This document shows, one piece after another, positions 58,548-64,000 of a DNA stretch of 64,000 nucleotides. This DNA is from Candidatus Micrarchaeota archaeon (GTDB lineage: Archaea; Micrarchaeota; Micrarchaeia; Norongarragalinales; SBBD01), in NCBI GenBank assembly GCA_018819225.1, contig JAHJQN010000007.1:109456-173455 (forward strand), written 5' to 3'. The position numbers and the translations under genes were made by a program. Every line of letters begins with the position of its first letter. Position 1 is the stretch's first letter. Under the pieces are notes generated by a model. That model saw only the letters and a program-made list of their open reading frames with translations, had not been told where the DNA came from and did not search any database.

Positions 58548-59509
58548 GTTCTTTCCACTAATGGCCGGCGCCGCTCCGGAATCCTCGCGATTCCCTTCAA
58601 TGAATCATCGGCAATAACGTGAGCCATTTTTCTTGCTCCTTCGTGTTTAAGGACTCCGTGGAGTTGTCGCGCCATTTCTTCAATGAACGCGCCTTTGATT
58701 CCCCAACGCGCTTCCAAATTTCGTCGAATCTCGGACTCGGTGTTCCAGTGCGCCAAATTCTGCATGAGTGTTTGGTCTTGCTGATGCGCGATGTGAAAGC
58801 GCTGATAATACGTTTTCCTTGATAAGCGCAGTCTTCGAGACAAGCCCATTTTTTTCAAGTAAAAGGGGGCGGTAAGCCGTCCGTTCAGGAAGGTGACTGT
58901 CGCCAGATACCGTCGGACAAAATTCGCTCGATCATTGAATTCTTCCAAACGCCTGAATTGTTCTGCGTTGACACGGAAATGAATCGCGTTCGCGCTCGGG
59001 GGTTCCAATCGTTGTTTCCATTCGTCGTGAATCACTAGTGATGCGGGAATACGGAGGACTTCCGTGATGCTGGCTCGTCCTTCTGCGCTCGACGGATGCT
59101 CCAATTGTTTGATGCCCACCTGCCGAATCCCTTGTTCGAACTCTTTAGCATCTAATGGAAACATGGCCGAGTGGAACACTTTCCCTTTTGGAGTGGAGTA
59201 TTCCCCTTTCTTCATTTTTCTCGGATCCCGGTAGTGCGTGCGTTCCAATTGAATGTACGCGACTTGGCGAGGATTTTCCGCGTTAACGAGTCCGATTCGA
59301 TGATACGGCGAATTCCGAATCCATTTTTTGGCTCTCCTCCGAAATAAATGTCTTGAAATGGGTTCTCGCATCCGCGCCCATGCGCCGCCCGCTTCTTTTC
59401 TAAGCGTTTGAGGCGTTTTTTGTCCATAGAGAGCGGGAAGCAACACTCGTTCAACGAGTTCTTCCGGGCTTTTCGTCTTCTCTAACGTGCGAAAGAACGA
59501 TTCCGCCAT
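58544..59509 (-). CDS. Hypothetical Arg-rich orphan protein
   Basis: ~321 aa basic ORF; ATG 59509 avoids overlap with the upstream ATPase. Confidence 0.65.
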   Translation of the reverse strand: MAESFFRTLEKTKSPEELVERVLLPALYGQKTPQTLRKEAGGAWARMREPISRHLFRRRAKKWIRNSPYHRIGLVNAENPRQVAYIQLERTHYRDPRKMKKGEYSTPKGKVFHSAMFPLDAKEFEQGIRQVGIKQLEHPSSAEGRASITEVLRIPASLVIHDEWKQRLEPPSANAIHFRVNAEQFRRLEEFNDRANFVRRYLATVTFLNGRLTAPFYLKKMGLSRRLRLSRKTYYQRFHIAHQQDQTLMQNLAHWNTESEIRRNLEARWGIKGAFIEEMARQLHGVLKHEGARKMAHVIADDSLKGIARIPERRRPLVERT

Positions 59510-59549
59510 AACTCCAGACCTGCGATCATTGATATTATTAATCCGTTGT

Positions 59550-61091
59550 TCACAGGAACGCTTCTCCGGCCTCCGCTTCCGAAACCGCTTCCGAGATCTT
59601 TTCCTCTTCCTCAAACGCTTTCGACAGCTCTTCCAGCGAGGTCCCCCCGGCGGCTTTCTGGCTCTTTCGCTCGCGCACTTTCAAGAACACGGGATAGCTC
59701 ACCGCTTCTCCAATCAACACGCCTTCCCCCGTCTTCAACGTCGTGATCTGTCCGGTCGTCGCCGAATCAATGTTCTCGCAGCTCTCTTCAATATGTTTCA
59801 AGTCGTACGGATTCGTGACGCGCATAATCAGGAACGAATTGCATTGGGATAAGGCGGTCGTGCTCAGTTTCACGGGCCGCTGCGATACCAAGCACAAGGA
59901 CGCGCCAAACTTTCTTCCTTCCCTTGCCACGGTTTCGATGACGCTGCGCGAAATCGCGCTTCTCCGCTCCACTTTTTCCGGCGCAAAATTGTGCGCTTCT
60001 TCCACGAGAAGCAAGTACGGCGGGAGCTCGCCTTGCCGTCTCAAATTGAACATTTTTCTGCATAAGTACGCGACGAGCATCTGCTTCTTCTTCATGTTAA
60101 TAATACTTGAAAAATCAAAAACAAGGAGTTTTCCGGGCTTCAGCGAGCGCTTCAAGTGCGGCGCATCGTGCACGCCCACGATTCGGTAACTACTCAACTC
60201 AGATAACCATGCGAGCAGCGCTTGCTTGGAGTTGTCCCGGATTTCGGACGCGGAAACGGCTTGAATCAAGTCCTTCATTGAAAAGGCTTCTTCCTTTTCC
60301 TTGTAGTCCTTGCGCACTTTTTTCAGAACCGGTGCCAAATCCCTCAGTTGAGCGGGCGACATGTCCGGCAGGAATTCGCCGAGGAGCTGCGTCGTCAGCC
60401 TTCGAGCTGCTATCTTGATCTTATCCCCCGGAACCACTTCCACTTGATTCGCGAAATCCGGATTTCTTCTTCGATCCGCAAAGCACGCGTATTCGCCGTG
60501 CATGTCAATCACGGCTATTGCGAGACGGCCTTGGTCTTTCTGGCGCGATAACAGTTCTTCAATCAGCACCGCTGCCGAATAGGATTTGCCGGCCCCGCTT
60601 TGCGCCAGCAATGCCAAATGCTTTTGGAACAGTTTCGTCAGGTTCAGCTTGACCTCGACATTATGCTGAAATAGTTTGCCGACCCGCAGACCCTGTTCCT
60701 CGAAACCCAGGAATTTTATTAACACGCTATCCTCGCATCCCTGAACTTTGGTACCGGGAGCCGGAGGATAGGCCACGCGTTTCAAGGTTCCTCCATCATA
60801 TGCTCCCAACACGTGACAATCCGCTACGGCAAACTCCCATTCCCCTGCGGGAAAGTGTTCGAGGAATGTGCTCTGGTAATCATTCTTTTCATACTCGGAA
60901 ATGCTTTCCGCATGCTCGAAATACCGATTCGAGCGCACGATGTCGCGAACAAAGCCGACGAGCAATCCGTCTTCTCCTTTCAATTGCACGTACCGTCCCT
61001 TGCGCACGATGGATGGATCCGAGATCACGAACGAGAAACGCGTCGTCGTAGGGGTTTCCTGCGTCGCGATGACCGTACCGTATTCCTGCAT
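59550..61091 (-). CDS. HerA-like ATPase/helicase (HAS barrel + DUF87)
   Basis: HLALLAQSGAGKS, VIDMHGEY, VEEAHNFAP, AREGRKFG, SQRP, SQCN. Confidence 0.9.
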   Translation of the reverse strand: MQEYGTVIATQETPTTTRFSFVISDPSIVRKGRYVQLKGEDGLLVGFVRDIVRSNRYFEHAESISEYEKNDYQSTFLEHFPAGEWEFAVADCHVLGAYDGGTLKRVAYPPAPGTKVQGCEDSVLIKFLGFEEQGLRVGKLFQHNVEVKLNLTKLFQKHLALLAQSGAGKSYSAAVLIEELLSRQKDQGRLAIAVIDMHGEYACFADRRRNPDFANQVEVVPGDKIKIAARRLTTQLLGEFLPDMSPAQLRDLAPVLKKVRKDYKEKEEAFSMKDLIQAVSASEIRDNSKQALLAWLSELSSYRIVGVHDAPHLKRSLKPGKLLVFDFSSIINMKKKQMLVAYLCRKMFNLRRQGELPPYLLLVEEAHNFAPEKVERRSAISRSVIETVAREGRKFGASLCLVSQRPVKLSTTALSQCNSFLIMRVTNPYDLKHIEESCENIDSATTGQITTLKTGEGVLIGEAVSYPVFLKVRERKSQKAAGGTSLEELSKAFEEEEKISEAVSEAEAGEAFL

Positions 61092-61171
61092 AGGCTACTC
61101 TCCGTAATGCAAATTATTAAATCAAGGCGTTTTCCAGCGCTTAAAAGCGTGCTCCCCCGGTGCGTTTCCGC

Positions 61172-61753
61172 TTATGACGGTTTTTCCATTAACAGAAACA
61201 CTTTGCGCTTTCTGGGATTGTCGGCACTGTCGATTTGAATAGCGACTCGGAATCCTTGCGCCTTGAACGTCTGGCCCGTCCCGTACATCTCTTCCTCGCT
61301 CTCCGGATACAGCTGCACGACCGCCTTCCCTTTGGGTTTCAGAACGCGCGCAAACTCTTTCGCGACTTGCGGACGCTCGTTTAACGGCACCCATTGAAGC
61401 GCCGAAATGGATACAACGGCATCGAATCGTTGGTCGGGAAAAGGGATCTGGCGCAAGTCCCCGTGTTTGACCCGAAACCCTTTACGTTTCGCTACGGCGA
61501 GCATTTCTTTCGAGAGATCGAATCCTTCGGCGTCATACCCGACTTGATGCAGCACCAACATTCCGAAACCGGTTCCGCATCCCGCATCCAACACGCGGCT
61601 TTTCAGAGGGATCTTCGCCAGCTCGAGAGCGCGCATCAAAATCTTTTTCTGGATTCGCTCCATTCCGGGTTTCTCGTAATGCTCCGTTTGCCCGTAAAAC
61701 GCTTCCGCATTCGTTTCCTGTTCCGGCCTTTTTCCTTTCACTTTCCATCCCAT
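61172..61753 (-). CDS. Bud23/WBSCR22-like class I SAM methyltransferase
   Basis: RPE...AFY, IQ....RALEL, LDAGCGTG, FDAVVSISALQW, VVQLYPES, GF....D..NPRKRKVFL. Confidence 0.8.
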   Translation of the reverse strand: MGWKVKGKRPEQETNAEAFYGQTEHYEKPGMERIQKKILMRALELAKIPLKSRVLDAGCGTGFGMLVLHQVGYDAEGFDLSKEMLAVAKRKGFRVKHGDLRQIPFPDQRFDAVVSISALQWVPLNERPQVAKEFARVLKPKGKAVVQLYPESEEEMYGTGQTFKAQGFRVAIQIDSADNPRKRKVFLLMEKPS

Positions 61754-61792
61754 ACCAAACGCCTTTAAATCTCTCTACTGTAACGCGTAATC

Positions 61793-62149
61793 ATGGGCAT
61801 TATAAAAAACATTACTAAGAAGAGGATTCTCTTCGAAGACTTCGAGTTGGCCGCCACCCCTTGGCAAAAGACGAAAGGCATCATGCTGCGCAAGAACCTG
61901 CTGAAACCCGTCCTCTTCATATTAAAAAAAGCGAGCCGTTCGCGCGCCGCCATTCACTCCTTCTTCTGCTATTTCGAGTTCGACGCCGTTTTCTTGGACG
62001 AGAAGAAGCGCATCGTGGACATCCGTACGGACATTCCGCCTTTCCAGCCCTTCATCCGCCCCAAGAAAGCCGCCAAGTACATCATTGAAGCGCCAGCGGG
62101 TTCTGCAAAGAAATTGGATTTGAAAATCGGGGACAAGCTGCTCTTCTAG
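61793..62149 (+). CDS. DUF192 family protein
   Basis: A.TPWQKTKGIM, IHSFF, DAVFLD, KYIIEAPAG, IGD. Confidence 0.9.
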   Translation: MGIIKNITKKRILFEDFELAATPWQKTKGIMLRKNLLKPVLFILKKASRSRAAIHSFFCYFEFDAVFLDEKKRIVDIRTDIPPFQPFIRPKKAAKYIIEAPAGSAKKLDLKIGDKLLF

Positions 62150-62913
62150 AACTCAATCTCTCGGGGTTCTCTCAGGAAGCGAAAGAGTTCCGGCTGTTCA
62201 ATAAATTGCGCGTAATTCTTTTTCTTTTCAAGCACTTCCGCGAGGTCTGCATGCACTTTCCGGTTAAACGTTTTCGCATCGATTTCAATGACGTGCGTCA
62301 CATCCGAGTAATTCCTGTTCTTTTCAATGCCGTTCCTCGTTTCGTAGTATACGGCACCACGATTCGTTTTGTACGGGCCGTACTCGCTCTTGAAATGCGC
62401 TTCCACCAAATTATCCATCACCAAAGGCTCGTTGCGCGGGTTAATGGTCACGTGGCCAAAATTAGGCGGCACGATGAGTTTGTCGCCCGCTAATGCTTTC
62501 ACGATGAATACCCTTCCGACTTTGTCGCCCGGCAGGCGTTCTTGCAGCACGTAATGCGCTTCCCCGCTCAATACCTCGTACAATTCCGGAAAACTCAGCT
62601 GTTCATCATGCATTTCGTGGTAGTGCCCGTACGTCTTGTTGTACTCGCTTCCCAGCGGATTCGATTCAAGCACCGTAATATCGTACCGAATACCCGCATT
62701 CTGAAATAACGCGGCATCTTCTTCGCGTTTCACGTCCCTGTACATGTAATAGGTTCCGTTTTCCGCAGGTAGTTTCTGCACGTCCTCCAAGTCTTTGACG
62801 GCGTCCAGCATTTGCTTGACCGTGCGGGTATCCGGCGTCAAAACGCTTCCAAACACCTTCAGCTCCATCGCATCCGTCCATTCCACTTGCAAGGGTTCGT
62901 TGGCAATTATCAT
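62146..62913 (-). CDS. Cupin-type glucose-6-phosphate isomerase
   Basis: YYMYRD, RYDIT, KTYGHYH, PELYEV..G, VPPNFGHVTIN. Confidence 0.85.
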   Translation of the reverse strand: MIIANEPLQVEWTDAMELKVFGSVLTPDTRTVKQMLDAVKDLEDVQKLPAENGTYYMYRDVKREEDAALFQNAGIRYDITVLESNPLGSEYNKTYGHYHEMHDEQLSFPELYEVLSGEAHYVLQERLPGDKVGRVFIVKALAGDKLIVPPNFGHVTINPRNEPLVMDNLVEAHFKSEYGPYKTNRGAVYYETRNGIEKNRNYSDVTHVIEIDAKTFNRKVHADLAEVLEKKKNYAQFIEQPELFRFLREPREIEF

Positions 62914-62987
62914 TTGAATCACTCTCAAACTCATTGGGTTCGAGAACGATTTAAACGTATAGTTTAACGGTTTGCATAAACCGTAAG

Positions 62988-63099
62988 CGGGCCTGGTGGG
63001 ATTTGGACCCACGGCCTACAGCTTAGAAGGCATGCGGATCCCGTTTCTCATTAAAGAAAAACGAGGTTTGCCGCTCTGTCCAGGCTGAGCTACAGGCCC
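62988..63099 (-). tRNA. tRNA-Arg(TCT) with a 37-nt intron (63032..63068) at position 29/30
   Basis: Acceptor GGGCCTG/CAGGCCC, D-arm GCTC/GAGC, anticodon stem GCA|GC-CTTCTAA-GCTGT after splicing, T-arm GTGGG-TCCAAAT-CCCAC; no encoded CCA. Confidence 0.9.
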
Positions 63100-63190
63100 T
63101 TGGAGAATGAAAGGAAAATAATGAATATAAAGAGGCACGAATCGTGTTTGAGACTTTTTGATCGACCTTTTTTGAAAAAGGTCGCGTAAC

Positions 63191-63508
63191 CTAAGGTAGA
63201 AAGGCAATGATTCCGAAGCGTTCCATGGCCCAGAAAACGCCCGAGTATTGCATGCTATAGTGCACGATGCTCATCGTGAACATGACGGCTGCCACGGCGC
63301 GCAGGCGCGGGTACTTAATCCAAATCAAGTAGGACAAGGCGGCGCTCGCCGAAACAATGCCCCACAACAAGAGCAATTTGACTTCCTGGTCTCCAACGGC
63401 TAACCGGAGTTGATGCCACGCGTCCTCCAAGCGCTGGTCCAAACTCACGCGGCCTAAATTCTTAGTTTCTAGTGTGGACTTCACGCGATCGAACAAAACG
63501 CTTTTCAC
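63191..63508 (-). CDS. Hypothetical membrane protein
   Basis: Two hydrophobic segments in the C-terminal half. Confidence 0.55.
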   Translation of the reverse strand: MKSVLFDRVKSTLETKNLGRVSLDQRLEDAWHQLRLAVGDQEVKLLLLWGIVSASAALSYLIWIKYPRLRAVAAVMFTMSIVHYSMQYSGVFWAMERFGIIAFLP

Positions 63509-63622
63509 CTAGGTGGGTTCGTTCATTAGAAAAAACCCCTATTTAACTCTTTGGGCCGTTTCAGCTTTGTAGCAGAAGTCAATCTTGTCGCTAAAGTCCC
63601 GATTCTGTCGCAAAAGTCGTTT

Positions 63623-63847
63623 TTAGCTCCCTTTCTTCTTGAAACCCATCTTTTCCCTGACTTCATTTATGGGTTTTCCACAATCTGAACAGCCGTTTAG
63701 TATAATGTATTCGTCTTCATGGTGGGTGCTGTAAGTGCTACTTTGTCCACTTCCCCGCGACCTGCCTACTCCAGTATATGCTGGTCGGTGAAACGCTTTA
63801 ATCGTCTGTTTCTGGCAAAACGGGCAGTAAAGGATTGTTTCAGGCAT
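63623..63847 (-). CDS. Small zinc-finger protein
   Basis: CPFC...CSDC; AT-rich coding sequence. Confidence 0.7.
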   Translation of the reverse strand: MPETILYCPFCQKQTIKAFHRPAYTGVGRSRGSGQSSTYSTHHEDEYIILNGCSDCGKPINEVREKMGFKKKGS

Positions 63848-64000
63848 TTAATCTCCCTCATGTCGTCAGGTTTCCAAATTCAGTCCTCAAAGCGGAAATG
63901 TGCTTCTGGGCTTCAAACTTTTCATCAAAAACGACCTTAATACGGTCAGTTATTTGCTTTCTCTGCTTTTTGTCTTTAGCCACCGGCAGATACAGTTCCG

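Noticed and set aside
3429-62554. Many long antisense or alternate-frame ORFs (e.g. 3429..4067, 6218..6937, 43924..44739, 53876..54550, 55221..55889)
   Set aside because: Shadows of well-supported genes; no protein-like motifs.
63016-63207. 63-aa ORF, and the 5' extension of the PGI ORF to 63012
   Set aside because: Both overlap the tRNA gene; PGI more plausibly starts at 62913.
1-64000. CRISPR array, rRNA, transposase or integrase
   Set aside because: No regularly spaced repeats, rRNA-like tracts or recombinase motifs seen by eye.

Overview
Gene-dense archaeal chromosome segment, most likely from a DPANN archaeon. Micrarchaeota-like is an inference from the archaeal SecDF, fibrillarin, aTrm56, pelota, PAC2, cupin PGI, leaderless BRE/TATA promoters and a non-canonical tRNA intron. 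The main system is a ~13 kb isoprenoid cluster (40.5-53.9 kb) encoding a complete classical mevalonate pathway: archaeal thiolase/HMGCS/DUF35, a class II HMG-CoA reductase with an NADH-type signature, MVK, eukaryote-like PMK and MVD, and IDI-2. A threonine dehydrogenase + Kbl pair sits in the middle of it and could supply both acetyl-CoA and NADH, i.e. a candidate threonine-to-isoprenoid module. A HAD phosphatase and a Mesh1-like HD hydrolase flank the lower-pathway genes. Other highlights: a strongly Bud23/WBSCR22-like methyltransferase; tRNA-Arg(TCT) with a 37-nt intron at position 29/30; two paralogous PEP-utiliser (swivel-His) genes around a Bat-type HTH regulator, one frameshifted and lacking its phospho-His loop; a dispersed Tad/type IV pilus system with micro-pilins and large Cys-rich surface proteins; a TrmB-type operator; a candidate structured ncRNA; and several 1-nt indels in short homopolymers that may be assembly errors. 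All family calls come from motif recognition, not database searches.
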